Below are positions 40,380 to 52,028 of a DNA stretch of 64,000 bases, piece after piece. The DNA is taken from the NCBI GenBank assembly GCA_964016885.1, contig OZ024740.1, forward strand, positions 81,902,001 through 81,966,000, written 5' to 3'. The translations under genes were made by a program, and so were the position numbers. The first letter of the stretch is position 1. Every line of letters starts with the position of its first letter. The notes under the pieces are model-generated. The model made no database searches. It saw only the letters and a program-made list of their open reading frames with translations, and was not told where the DNA came from. The DNA comes from Eledone cirrhosa (taxonomy: Eukaryota).

Positions 40380-42320
40380 AGTTGCATTTATCTTGCTTTA
40401 TGTTCATACGAGTTATCACCAAGTCACAACCAGTGCCCTCAAGAGACAACAAGGTCCGCCATGTTCAAGAAATAACATACATATTCACACATGCATCTTT
40501 AGTGTTTAGACTTGTGATGTACTTATATTGACATAATCTTCCTTAGTATATGGGCAGTTCCCATTAGTACTATCTTTTGTGTTTCTCCTATACGCGGGTT
40601 TCCTGGGATTTGCGATAAGTAATCATTAGACCCCTAAGTATCATTCCCAGAGCGCCTACAACCACTGGTATTGTTTTAGTTCTCAATTTCCACATTTTTC
40701 CAATTTCTATCTCCAGGTCCTTATACTGGCTCAATTTTTCAAATGTGTTTATAGATACATTCTTGTCTATTGGAACAGACATATCAATTAGCAGGCATAC
40801 CCTCTTTTGAAAGTCCTTCAATATTGTATCAGGTCTATTTGCATCTATTTTTCGGTCTGTTTGGATGCTAAAGTTCCAAAAGATTGAGATGTGATCTTTT
40901 TCAAGTATGGGAGGTGGTTGATGCTCCCACCAATTCTTTTGATGGGGCAGGTGAAAATGCTTACACATTATCCAATGTATGTATTATGCAGCTATGCCAT
41001 GCCTGTTTAGGTATTCGGTTGGAGCTATAGGACTGCACATTGAAATTATATGGTCAATGGTCTCTGGTTGTTTTTTGCATACACGGCATAATGGGCTGCA
41101 CCCATTTTTTATTATGTTGGCTTGGTAATTTTTTGTTGGCAGACACTGATCTTGTGCCGATATAATCAGTCCTTCAGTCTCCGATTTCAGTCCAGAGGAT
41201 GCCAACCACTGATGGGTTAAAGTTTTGTCAACATCAGGATTGTTAGCTCGCTCTGGGTATTTTCCATACAGAGGCTTTTCTTGCCATTTCTTAGCCAGTT
41301 TCTGTAGCAGTTCTTTCTTTGCAGTTACTTTAACCTGCTTTGCTTTTTCTGTGTTATCCATTTCAGCAGTAAATGGGACTTCTGAAATTTGTAGTCCATT
41401 ACTGTATCTTTGTGCATCTTTTGTAATGGAATATGATCTTTTGATGCTTTCGTGTTTCAAAACGAGTTTGATCATCCAATCATGTGATTCCCTTAGATAT
41501 TTAGATAATCCAATTGTTGCAGTTTTCAACGCAATGTCTAACTGGATTAACCCACGTCCTCCTTCTTTCCTAGGGAGATATATTCTATCTATATCTGCCT
41601 TAGGGTGATGCATTCTGTGCATGGTTATGAATTTTCGAATTTTTGTATCGAGCCTACGGATCTCTGTGCTTGACCAGTTGATGACATTGTAACTGTAGGT
41701 TACTACTGATATGGCAAGCGTGTTTATGGCATCGATCCTATTCCTTGCATTCAATTCCGTTCTTAAGATTGCTCTTACTCTGCGGTAACATTCCTTCCTT
41801 ATCCTTTCCCTCATTGTCGAGTGCTTGATTCCGTCTCCTTCACAAACACCTAGATATTTGTAAGGTTTTTCTTGATCAAGTTCTCTTATCACATTCCCCC
41901 ATCAAGATTAATGTCTGAACTCTTCAGCAGCTTTCCTCTGGTGAACGTTGCTTTGGCGCATTTATCTAGTCCAAACTCCATTTTAATATCATCACTGAAC
42001 TGCTTCACAGTTGATAATAGCCCTTGCAATTGTTCATCATTTTTTGCAAATAGTTTCAGGTCATCCATGTAGAACAGGTGATTAATGGTTTTGTCATAGA
42101 CTTTATATCCATGTTTTGTTTCATTGAGCATTTTACTTAATGGTATAAGTGCGATGCAGAATAAAAGCGGTGATAAAGAGTCACCCTGAAAAATTCCACA
42201 ATTAATATTAACTTCTCCAGCTTCCAGAGATTTTGTTTCACTATTCAAAAGGAGTGTCGTTTTCCATGTCTTCATACTGAATGACAAAAACCTCCTGACA
42301 GCGGGGGATATTTTGAAAAT
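40378..42320 (-). mobile_element. R4/Dong-type family B, copy 2 (5'-truncated in RT)
   Basis: GIFQGDSLSP, FYMDD, CRVC-x8-H-x4-C, RPD..IDMSVP; few frameshifts. Confidence 0.95.
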
Positions 42321-42342
42321 CTTCTTCTTCTTCTTCTTCTTC

Positions 42343-42401
<59 letters not shown>

Positions 42402-42487
42402 GTTATTGGTATTCCTTGAATCTCAGTCATTGATGTTGGTTAACTGGAAAGTCCGTTGGATTGAATATCAAGCCACTACCTGCAGCC

Positions 42488-45400
42488 TCAGATATTCAGG
42501 ACGTATCGGAGGGTTCTTGCCGTTCCAAGCAAGCATGCCTTTTGAAGCGTTCCAAAAAGCGTGAAGGGGCCGATTTTCTTTAACCATCCCTGGAAACCTT
42601 TGGAGATAGTCCCCAGTGCGCCTATGACAATCGGGATCACTTTGACTTCATGGCAGTTCCAAATCCTTTTCACCTCCCACTTTAGGTCCTGGTATCGGTT
42701 AATTTTCTCCCTCTCCTTCTCTTGCACTCTCGTGTCGAACGGGCAGGCCACATCCACAATCAGGCACGATCTTTTTTCTTTGTCCACAACCACCAGGTCA
42801 GGTCTATTGTGTTCCAGTTTTTTGTCCGTCTGTATCCTAAAATCCCACAGCACCTTCACCTGACTGTTCTCCATCACCGCCTCTGGCCTATGCTCATACC
42901 ATTTCTCAGAATGTGGTAGATTGTTTACTTTGTACAGGTGCCAGTGGATCACCCTGCCCATCACATCGTGTCTCCAGCCCTTATAGTGGGTCTGGGCTAG
43001 GTGTTTACACTCGGACACAATGTGAGCCACAGTCTCCTCTCTCTCTCCACAGATCCTGCACAGTGGGCTAGCCTCCTCCTTGTAGATATGGTGCTTCAAC
43101 CACTTCGTTTTGAGGGCCTGCTCCTGCGCAGCCATTAGCATTCCTTCTGTAGCCTTTTTGAGGTCTCCTCTTCTCAACCAGTTCCATGTCTGTGGATCTC
43201 TAAATTCAGTTTTCTCAAAGAAGGTACTATGAAGGGATTTTCCCTTAAGGCTGCTCTTCCTCCTTGATGTTATTTCCTCCTTGGGTATCCCCTGGCCTAC
43301 TGTCCCCTCCTTCAGTACAGCTTTGAGCATTGGCTCCTTACTATAGGTCACGTATTTGTATAGGTTGTTTTTCTCCATCTGAACACAGTCCTCTATGCTG
43401 ATAAGACCTCTTCCACCCTCAGATCTCCTTAGGTAGAGTCTATCGACATCACTCCTCTTGTGGAACATGTTGTAGATAGTCAATAGCTTCCTAGTCTTCC
43501 TATCCATTTCTTTTTGTTCAGCAACATTCCATCTCAGAATTCCCGCACTGTACCTAATAATAGACACAGCTCGGGAATTTACTGCGCTTATGGCATTTCT
43601 GCTGTTCAGATGTGACTTCAATACGCTCCTTACTCTCCGAATGTATTCAGTTCTTAACAATTCCTTCATTTTTTTGTTCTTTATGCCATCAGCCTCCAGA
43701 ACGCCCAAATACTTGTATCCTTCCTCAGAGTCAATTTCCTTTATCATCTCACCTGTTGGTATCTGGATCCCGTTACTTCTGCTCAACCTACCCCTCCTCA
43801 TCACAATGACTCCACATTTACCAATACCAAACTGCATACATATATCACTGCTGAAAATACGGACAGTGTCAACAAGCACATCCAACTCCTTCTCACTTTT
43901 CCCGAAGAGCTTAAGATCGTCCATGAAGAGGAGGTGATTGATGGTAAGCTCTCCCCTTCCCAACTTGTATCCTGCTCTCACTTTTCGCAGCATAATGGTC
44001 AAGGGCATCAGGGCAAGGACAAACAACAGAGGGGACAGGCTATCTCCCTGGAAGATACCTCTCTTGATCTTCACGCTTCCCAAGGATACTCCAGTTGATG
44101 TCAACTCTGTCTCCCAGGACCCCATACTCCTGCCCAGCAACTGTCTGATGTTATCTGCCACCCTGAAGATCTCCAGGCTTTTGGTGATCCAGGAATGAGG
44201 CACCATGTCAAATGCCTTTCTGTAGTCTATCCATCCCATGGCAAGATCAGTGTGTCTCCTCCTGCAGTTCCCCATTACCATCTTATCAATAAGCAACTGG
44301 TCCTTTGTACCACGTGACTTCTTTCGGCATCCTTTCTGTTCGTCCGGCAACAAGTTGTTTGTGTGGAGGTGATGGTAGATTTCCTCAGACACAATGCTCG
44401 TCAACAGTTTCCACATTACGGGCAGACATGTGATAGGTCTATAGTTGGTAACATCATTACCCTTGATTCGGTCTTTCATTATCAGAACTGTGGTACCTTT
44501 TGTCAACCACTCTGGCACCTCACCCGACACCAAGCAGTCATTGAACATGGCCGTCAGCTTCGGGTGGAGGGATGTTAAATGTTTAATCCAATACCCCTGC
44601 ACACCATCTGGGCCTGGTGATTTCCAGTTGGTTAGTTTTTTGGCTTGCCCCTTAAGAGTTTCAACTGTGATACTCAAATCAGTCTGTTGCTGTGCCTGCT
44701 CACCGATCTCCCTCTGTACTGTCTCAATCCACCCTGCCTGGGCATTGTGTCTAACATCCTGCTCCCATATTCCTCTCCAGAATGTTTTAGCTTGTTCCGC
44801 CCCAGGGATCAAGTCGTTGCCTCTTTCTTTCCCCTCAAGCTGTCCAAACAGCATCTTCTGGTTGTTGTCGAACATGCGGTTCTGTTTATACTGACTGACT
44901 CTGTTCTCGTATCGCCTGATTTTGGCACTCTTTGCTACAATGCGTTGCTTCAATTCCTCTATGATAATATTTAGCTTTTTACTCCTAGTTTTGTATTTTA
45001 TTTCCAGTCTATTTTTAGTGCCTATGTTTTTTAGTGTCCCATTCAGTAGTGACTCAAGCTTTCCTATGTCATTTCTCATTTCCCCGATTTGCCCACTCAG
45101 TCGCTTCTTCCACCACGGCTCTGCTCTTTCTTGTCTGTTGTTTCCTCTCGCTTTTATACCAAGTAGTTTCCTCACCGTATTTGCTGTTGCTTTGAGGATA
45201 TTGTTGCACTGGTGAAGACTCCTCGCCTCAAGGTATGGGATGACATTGTTTACCTTAGCTGTTGTTTCTTTTAACTTTTTTCTGTCTACAAATCTTAGGT
45301 TCATAGGTCTCCCACTATCATTGTTCAACTCATCTACCACTAAATTTAGGATGTCAACCGAATCTTGTCCTAGCCCGTCAGCATTCATCTCCTCAGTGGC

Positions 45401-45880
45401 CGTATCTCTGTTCCAGGTATTATTTATCTCAGTATTCAGATCATTGTCTGCTTCGGGTGGTTCCTCCGTTCTCAGGACCTCCTCACCTTCATTTCCCGCC
45501 GGCTCGCTTGTCTGGCATACTACACCCGCCATCTCCAAGCCATTCTCTCTGCTCAGTTCCTCCAGTTCCAGCTCGCTTATCCACCCATTAGTTCTTATTA
45601 CCCGAGCCTGCCCGGCCAATTTTTGTTCATCTAATTTAAATAAACCAATCTCGTTCCAGATGTTATGCATCCGTCTCCTGTAGCCCCTCTCCTTGGGGTT
45701 ACTTTTCAGGTAGCATTGCATAACAGTTCTATTCAATTCTTTCGTCCAGTTGGTTCTGGCCCCTTTCCTTCTTCTTCTTCCTCCAACATCAGCAGTATTT
45801 GGTTGACAGTCAGGTTCCTGCTGCTGAGCCAGGGGGCACCTGTTGGGTGAGAGTCTGTCACATGACGTTCTAGTCTCCAT
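42488..45880 (-). CDS. 1130-aa RT + CCHC + restriction-like endonuclease polyprotein (R4/Dong clade)
   Basis: Myb-like N-terminus (WTKELNRTVMQCY...YRRRMHNIW); WKSPGPDGV, NYRPITCL, IDYRKAFD, GIFQGDSLSP, FMDD; CRIC-x8-H-x4-C; RHD; PD-x14-D, EKxxxY, IVIGALG; no stops. Confidence 0.96.
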   Translation of the reverse strand: METRTSCDRLSPNRCPLAQQQEPDCQPNTADVGGRRRRKGARTNWTKELNRTVMQCYLKSNPKERGYRRRMHNIWNEIGLFKLDEQKLAGQARVIRTNGWISELELEELSRENGLEMAGVVCQTSEPAGNEGEEVLRTEEPPEADNDLNTEINNTWNRDTATEEMNADGLGQDSVDILNLVVDELNNDSGRPMNLRFVDRKKLKETTAKVNNVIPYLEARSLHQCNNILKATANTVRKLLGIKARGNNRQERAEPWWKKRLSGQIGEMRNDIGKLESLLNGTLKNIGTKNRLEIKYKTRSKKLNIIIEELKQRIVAKSAKIRRYENRVSQYKQNRMFDNNQKMLFGQLEGKERGNDLIPGAEQAKTFWRGIWEQDVRHNAQAGWIETVQREIGEQAQQQTDLSITVETLKGQAKKLTNWKSPGPDGVQGYWIKHLTSLHPKLTAMFNDCLVSGEVPEWLTKGTTVLIMKDRIKGNDVTNYRPITCLPVMWKLLTSIVSEEIYHHLHTNNLLPDEQKGCRKKSRGTKDQLLIDKMVMGNCRRRHTDLAMGWIDYRKAFDMVPHSWITKSLEIFRVADNIRQLLGRSMGSWETELTSTGVSLGSVKIKRGIFQGDSLSPLLFVLALMPLTIMLRKVRAGYKLGRGELTINHLLFMDDLKLFGKSEKELDVLVDTVRIFSSDICMQFGIGKCGVIVMRRGRLSRSNGIQIPTGEMIKEIDSEEGYKYLGVLEADGIKNKKMKELLRTEYIRRVRSVLKSHLNSRNAISAVNSRAVSIIRYSAGILRWNVAEQKEMDRKTRKLLTIYNMFHKRSDVDRLYLRRSEGGRGLISIEDCVQMEKNNLYKYVTYSKEPMLKAVLKEGTVGQGIPKEEITSRRKSSLKGKSLHSTFFEKTEFRDPQTWNWLRRGDLKKATEGMLMAAQEQALKTKWLKHHIYKEEASPLCRICGEREETVAHIVSECKHLAQTHYKGWRHDVMGRVIHWHLYKVNNLPHSEKWYEHRPEAVMENSQVKVLWDFRIQTDKKLEHNRPDLVVVDKEKRSCLIVDVACPFDTRVQEKEREKINRYQDLKWEVKRIWNCHEVKVIPIVIGALGTISKGFQGWLKKIGPFTLFGTLQKACLLGTARTLRYVLNI

Positions 45881-46449
45881 TTCACCGTTATTCGAACTGT
45901 TTATGTTCGATATTTAAACACTCTTATCGAGGATTGGCGAATGTATGTTTACATAGCCATCTGTGGATCCGCCATCCCACTTGGCCCTTGTGTGGCATTA
46001 TCACCACGCTGTATACGGACACACATAAACAAACAAACACACGGGCAGAAAGGGCCCCAAAAATGAATAAGCATAAGTTTCATTGTAATGTAGTATTCGA
46101 ATGTCTGACTTAGTTTTTGTTTTTTAAGTTTTACTTTTTCCCCCCTCTTCTCTGTCCGTCCGCCTGCTTCTCTCTTCATTCTTATTTTCTTTACGTTTTT
46201 GGGGTTTCTTTTTTTGTTTTTGTTTTTCTCTGTTTTTCTCGTTTTTTACTGTTGTTGCTGTGCTGCTTTTGTTGTTTGTTTTTTCTTTTTTCTTTTGAGT
46301 CTATCTATATATTTTGATGCCTTCCTCTTTGTTAGTAGTAGGAATTCTATAATGTGGAAGTGGTAGCCAGCAGAGACTGGCGGCGTTGGCGATACTGAGA
46401 CAGTGGTGGTGGTGATGTCGATACCGAGGCAGTGGTGGCGGTGATGCGA

Positions 46450-47094
46450 CCGTATTACTGTAGTGATGGTGCTGTAGCGGTGGCAGCAGCAGTGAAGGAG
46501 TCAGGGGGTGGTGGCGGCGGTGATGGGATAGTGGTGGTAATGATGGCCGTAGTGAGCGGTGGCGGTGAAGGTGAAAATGCTGTTGTGTTTAGTGTACACA
46601 GATGATGGGGTGGGTGGTGTATCTAGTTTCTGGTGTTGGTGAGTTTCGCTGTCCTATATAGTGTAGCCAGAGGAGAGGAGGGGGGGGTTCTTCTTCTTCC
46701 ATTTATAGCCATTTTATTTTTTTTTTTTGGATATACAGTGTACAATACAAAGTTGAATATTTGAATATTTGAGCCGTATTACTGTAGTGATGGTGCTGTA
46801 GCGGTGGCAGCAGCAGTGAAGGAGTCAAGGGGTGGTGGCGGCGGTGATGGGATAGTGGTGGTAATGATGGCCGTAGTGAGCGGTGGCGGTGAAGGTGAAA
46901 ATGCTGTTGTGTTTAGTGTACACAGATGATGGGGTGGGTGGTGTATCTAGTTTCTGGTGTTGGTGAGTTTAGCTGTCCTATATAGTGTAGCCAGAGGAGA
47001 GGAGGGGGGGGGGGGTTCTTCTTCTTCCATTTATAGCCATTTTTTTTGGATATACAGTGTACAATACAAAGTTGAATATTTGAATATTTGAGCC
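46450..47094. repeat. Near-identical ~324-bp tandem duplication in the 5' UTR of the intact element
   Basis: CCGTATTACTGTAGTGATGG... starts at 46450 and 46774; differences are mostly homopolymer lengths. Confidence 0.95.
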
Positions 47095-47260
47095 TTATAA
47101 CAATATATTTTGGGTCCGAATTTTTTTGGGGCTCAAGCCGGGTGCTTTACGTAGCATTTGTACTAAGAGTTGTTATTTCACAAATGATTTAAATATGTTA
47201 AAAATTCAAAACTTACGGGAGCGATTTCATGACCTCCGTCACCTCGTGCGTCTTCTTCCC

Positions 47261-47290
<30 letters not shown>

Positions 47291-47292
<2 letters not shown>

Positions 47293-48374
47293 TGCATTTA
47301 TCTTGCTTTATGTTTATACGAGTTATCACCAAGTCACAACCAGTGACCTCAAGAGACAACAAGGTCCGCCATGTTCAAGAAAGAACACACATATTCACAC
47401 ATGCATCCTTAGTGTTTAGACTTGTGATGTACTTATATTGACAGGATCTTCCTTAGTATATGGGCAGTTCCCATTAGTACTATCTTTTGTATTTCTCCTA
47501 TACGCGGGTTTCCTGGGATTTGCGATAAGTAGTCGTTAGACCCCTTAGGTATCATTCCCAGAGCGCCTACAACCACTGGTATTGTTTTAGTTCTCAATTT
47601 CCACATTTTTCCAATTTCTATCTCCAGGTCCTTATACTTGCTCAATTTTTCAAATGTTTTTATAGATACATTCTTGTCTATTGGAACAGACATATCAATT
47701 AGCAGGCATACTCTCCTTTGAAAGTCCTTCAATATTATATCAGGTCTATTTGCATCTATTTTTCGGTCTGTTTGGATGCTAAAGTTCCACAAGATTGAGA
47801 TGTGATCTTTTTCAAGTATGGGAGGTGGTTGATGCTCCCACCAATTCTTTTGATGGGGCAGGTCAAAATGCTTACACATTATCCAATGTATGTATTGTGC
47901 AGCTCTGTCATGCCTGTTTAGGTATTCGGTTGGAGCTATAGGACTGCACATTGAAATTATATGGTCAATGGTCTCTGGTTGTTTTTTGCATACACGGCAT
48001 AATGGGCTGCACCCATTTTTTATTATGTTGGCTTGGTAATTTTTTGTTGGCAGACACTGATCTTGTGCGGATATAATCAGTCCTTCAGTCTCCGATTTCA
48101 GTCCAGAGGATGCCAACCACTGATGGGTTAAAGTTTTGTCAACATCAGGATTGTTAGCTCGCTCTGGGTATTTTCCATACAGAGGCTTTTCTTGCCATTT
48201 CTTAGCCAGTTTCTGTAGCAGTTCTTTCTTTGCAGTTACTTTTACCTGCTTTGCTTTTTCTGTGTTTTCCATTTCAGCAGTAAATGGGACTTCTGAAATT
48301 TGTAGTCCATTACTGTATCTTTGTGCATCTTTTGTAATGGAATATGATCTTTTGGTGCTTTCGTGTTTCAAAAC

Positions 48375-48375
<1 letters not shown>
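47291..48375 (-). mobile_element. R4/Dong-type family B, copy 3 (5'-truncated, open 312-codon RLE end)
   Basis: ORF 47433-48371 with CCHC, RHD, PD..D; (TAA)n on both sides. Confidence 0.95.
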
Positions 48376-48416
<41 letters not shown>

Positions 48417-48417
<1 letters not shown>

Positions 48418-49413
48418 GAGAACAAGATGCATACTTAAGACAACATCAGGCCCATAACCCTGCTCAACACAGAGTTTAAGATTTTGGCCAAGGTGTTAGG
48501 AAAGAGACTGGCGCTTGTCGTCGATGATTTGTTTGGGGAGGCGCAAACCTGTGCAATCCCAGCCAGGTACATACACGACAATCTCCACCTCATGCGATAC
48601 ATCATTGGGAGTGTAGGGTGTAATCTGATCAATTTAGATCAATCAAAAGCATTCGATAGACTCGACCAACGGTATCTGGAGTTTGTCCTCAAAGAAGCTG
48701 GCTTCGGCCCTGTCTTCAGAAGCTGGATCGCTGCAATGCACAGCGGCACACGCTCGGTAGTCAGGATAATAGCCACCTCTCGGAACCATTTCGGCGCTCC
48801 TGATCGCTCCGTCAAGGGTACCCTCTATATTCCCTCTGTACGTATTGACTCTCGAGCCTTTACTACGGAAGCTGGAGCTGTCGCAGGGCATCCCGCACGA
48901 ACGAGGCGTGGGAAGGTGGTGTCGGGCTATGCGGACGACATCACCGTGATGGTGTCGGACACTTAAAAATCGAGGTGGTCGGCACCTATTGACGGAATAT
49001 GAAAGGTTGACAGGAGCCAAACTTAACCCGGAAAAGTCGGTGGGCTTGCAGCTCGGAACCTTGAGAGGCAGGCCCATGCCGTCCAACAGCGTCGTGGGGC
49101 GCTGGACGGACGGACCAGTAAAGTTGCACGGGGTTTGATTCGGACCAGACCTCCAGGTGGAAAAGAATTGGGACGGGGTAACGAGCAGAGTAGCCAGACT
49201 GAGCCAAAAATGGGCTGGGAGAAAGCTATCACTGAAAGGTCGGGCGGATATGGCGATTGGGGTACATTGCGTCCGTCACTTACTACCGCCTGACCGTCGT
49301 TGTCTTGCACCCGTCCGCGCCTTGTTGAAAGGACAAGTTCCGTTGGAGCCAGCACCCTCTACACGGGGAGCTGGGTATGCCATGGCTAATTATGCGCAGA
49401 CATGCGCTGAGGC
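48417..49413 (+). pseudogene. Tx1-type RT fragment (5'- and 3'-truncated)
   Basis: IHDNLHLMRY, LDQSKAFDR, YADD; begins immediately after an (ATT)n tract. Confidence 0.9.
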
Positions 49414-50182
49414 TGTATTTCACATTTTTTGATACTATATCGAATTTCAGATATCATAACAGGGATTGGAAAATGATTTATTATTTGAAAAATAAAATAA
49501 ATTGCAAATTTTAATGTGAAAAAAGGTTATCATGTACATGCAGGCAAGAATGCTATGTTTGTGTATATTTTCCCAATTGCATTTCAGAACAAAAATATTG
49601 TTATTTAACTTATTCCTGACAGTTTAGTAATACTCAACACGATTTATTTTATAAAAGCGTGTAATATCTTACTCGATAACACATCTAGTTAATTGCATTA
49701 TTGTTGCATCAATATTTTAAATAATTGAAAGTGATATTTTGAAAGAAAAACTTATATCCTACTTTTAGAAAACCAACAGAAAAGGCATCCTGTTCATTTA
49801 AAATAAGTTTTGTATTGTTATTGAGCTAAACAGAAAAACTGTAGTAACTGATACTTTATAAAAAAAAAAAAGTATATGTGAAAATGGAAAATTACGTGCA
49901 TATACAATATTAATTAATATATAAACAACTGGAGTTATTGGTGAAATGCCGTTGTTGTCATTCGTTTCGAGTGTGTTACTGAAGAAAATTTAGATGAAAG
50001 TATTTAAACATGGATGTTCTGTTATTTTAACATTAAGATTTTTATCGGCTGCTATCTAGTAATTTGTCGGTCAATGCATCGAGAGCCGACATCTAGTAGC
50101 CAACTAAATTAAGTACCAGTTCTTCGAAATTAGTCTAAGACAGGTGAAAAAAAATGGAATATATTATTATGATTTGGTACTG

Positions 50183-50430
50183 TGAAGGTGCGTAGCTTTC
50201 TAGTTAGTTTATTTGGCTCAAAAACGTAAGTTCGGGAGTTCGATTCCCGCCGGCGTGTTGAATCCTTGAGCAAGATACTTTATCTCAAATTGCTTCAGTT
50301 CACTCAGCTGCCAAAAATGAATTGTACCTGTAATTCGAAGAACCCGCCTTGTCATATGCTGTGTCACGCTTATTTCCTGACAACTACTTTAAGTGCACGT
50401 GTGTCGTTGGAATGCTCAGACCTTGTCAAT
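50183..50430 (+). mobile_element. tRNA-derived SINE with CORE-like body
   Basis: Degenerate A box, B box GTTCGATTCCC, then TCCTTGAGCAAGATACTTTA...CACTCAGCTG..AAAATGA resembling the CORE domain. Confidence 0.65.
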
Positions 50431-51369
50431 GATTACTTTTGATTCTCTTTGTATCTACTTTGTTCTGATTTTGGTCTATTCTAGGTTGTCTTTTTATGGT
50501 GAGTATAGGGTCTGCGCTTGCCTGTATGTTTGTGCCTGTCTATGTAACTTTATGCGCTATTATTTTCACAATACACTGTTTTTATCATGTGCATGCATGT
50601 GTGTATGTGTGTCTGCGCTCATATGTGTGTATTAATGATTTGCTTCTGCCCTCCCTCAGTTGTGTTTGTGGGTGACATTAGATTTCTGATAAAACCTCAC
50701 TTCAGCATTTAGTATAGAATATAATAACTTGGTATGCTACTGATATGCATTTGTCATTTTGAAAGGTGTATTACGATGGTGGCGTTATTTTGCAGTTGTA
50801 TCATCCGTTGAATGTTTTGTTACAGCCCGCCCTCATCAAAAATAAATATGACTACCCATTTTTTTCTCTTCAGAATATGTTAAACTGCAAGAGTAAGATA
50901 CATCCGTTTTAATGAAATTCGGCTCCAATTTGTAGCATGTTGATTCATGACGTAAAAGATTCTTTCACCTTATTCTAAATAATTTTCGAAATATGACTGG
51001 AGTTTTGGTTCAAAACTAAGAAATACTGATATTATTCGATTTGAGATTTCTACGAGGTGTATAATAATTTGGTGCATTTAATCTCGCATGATTTATTAGC
51101 CGTGACTTAATGTTAAACGGAGTCACCAACTGTTATAATGCAATACATATTTAGAGTTATCTACTCAACTCAATTTAAGGAAGAGCACAAGATAACACTT
51201 TCAAAACTTGTTTTCGTGTGGTTATTTCATTATTTGTCTTTCCCAATGTTCATTATTTGTTATGTATTGTTTGAAATGTGTGCAATATATATGAATTATT
51301 TAATGGAAACGATGTGAGGGCACATACATTATAAAACATATATTATATAACTATGCATGAACGTGCATG

Positions 51370-51407
<38 letters not shown>

Positions 51408-51489
51408 AGTGTGTATGTGTGTGTGTAAAGTGGGACACTTTTCAAATGGGTATATTTCTAATTGTAGAGATTCTGTAGACATCGAAACA

Positions 51490-51589
51490 AAGAAGAAGAA
51501 GAAGAAGAAGAAGAAGAAGAAGAAGAAGAAGAAGAAGAAGAAGAAGAAGAAGAAGAAGAAGAAGAAGAAGAAGAAGAAGAAGAAGAAGA
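51490..51589. repeat. Pure (AAG)n microsatellite, ~33 units
   Basis: Direct inspection. Confidence 0.98.
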
Positions 51590-52028
51590 ATGGTAATATG
51601 ATTTCTCCGCTTTTCTCTTATATATATACTTGTGCATATAATGGTATGTGTACTTCTTGTCCTGTTTGTTCAGCATGGGAAATGGCAAACGATATCATAT
51701 GTAATGAATTTAAGCGAGGGCTTTTAATAATATCCTCTATGAATAACCAATCTCTCAATTAAATGTCATAAGCATATATAAAGTTACTTCTGAACACCTC
51801 TTTCTGGAATCTAGTCTTTATGCTACTATAAAGTCAATACAACAAAAATAAAACAACAAAACAAAAAACAATAAACAGTTCTAATAAATTCTGAAACTTA
51901 AGACAGAAATGTCTCCGGAATATTTATTAGTATAATAATAATAATATTGAAATCCATTTTCGAAACTAAAGAAGATCTGTCACCAATTATGCTCCTGGAG
52001 TGATATAAAATATATTTATTCATGAGAG

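Larger units (their letters stand above)
42409..47260 (-). mobile_element. R4/Dong-type family A, copy 2: full length, coding-intact
   Basis: (TAA)n|GGGAAGAAGACGCAC 5' end, ~1.4-kb 5' UTR, single ORF, ~80-nt 3' UTR, (TAA)n tail. Confidence 0.96.
26636..48416. repeat. Series of eight (ATT)n/(TAA)n tracts marking element junctions
   Basis: Tracts at ~26636, 27039, 32991, 36405, 40344, 42342, 47261 and 48376; another at 62575. Confidence 0.95.

Noticed and set aside
26636-48416. CRISPR-like repeat-spacer array or prokaryotic RT defence system
   Set aside because: The repeats are variable-length trinucleotide tracts separated by kilobase retroelements; all RTs are eukaryotic non-LTR or PLE types
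50183-50260. tRNA gene
   Set aside because: Degenerate A box, no full cloverleaf, and the sequence continues into a SINE body
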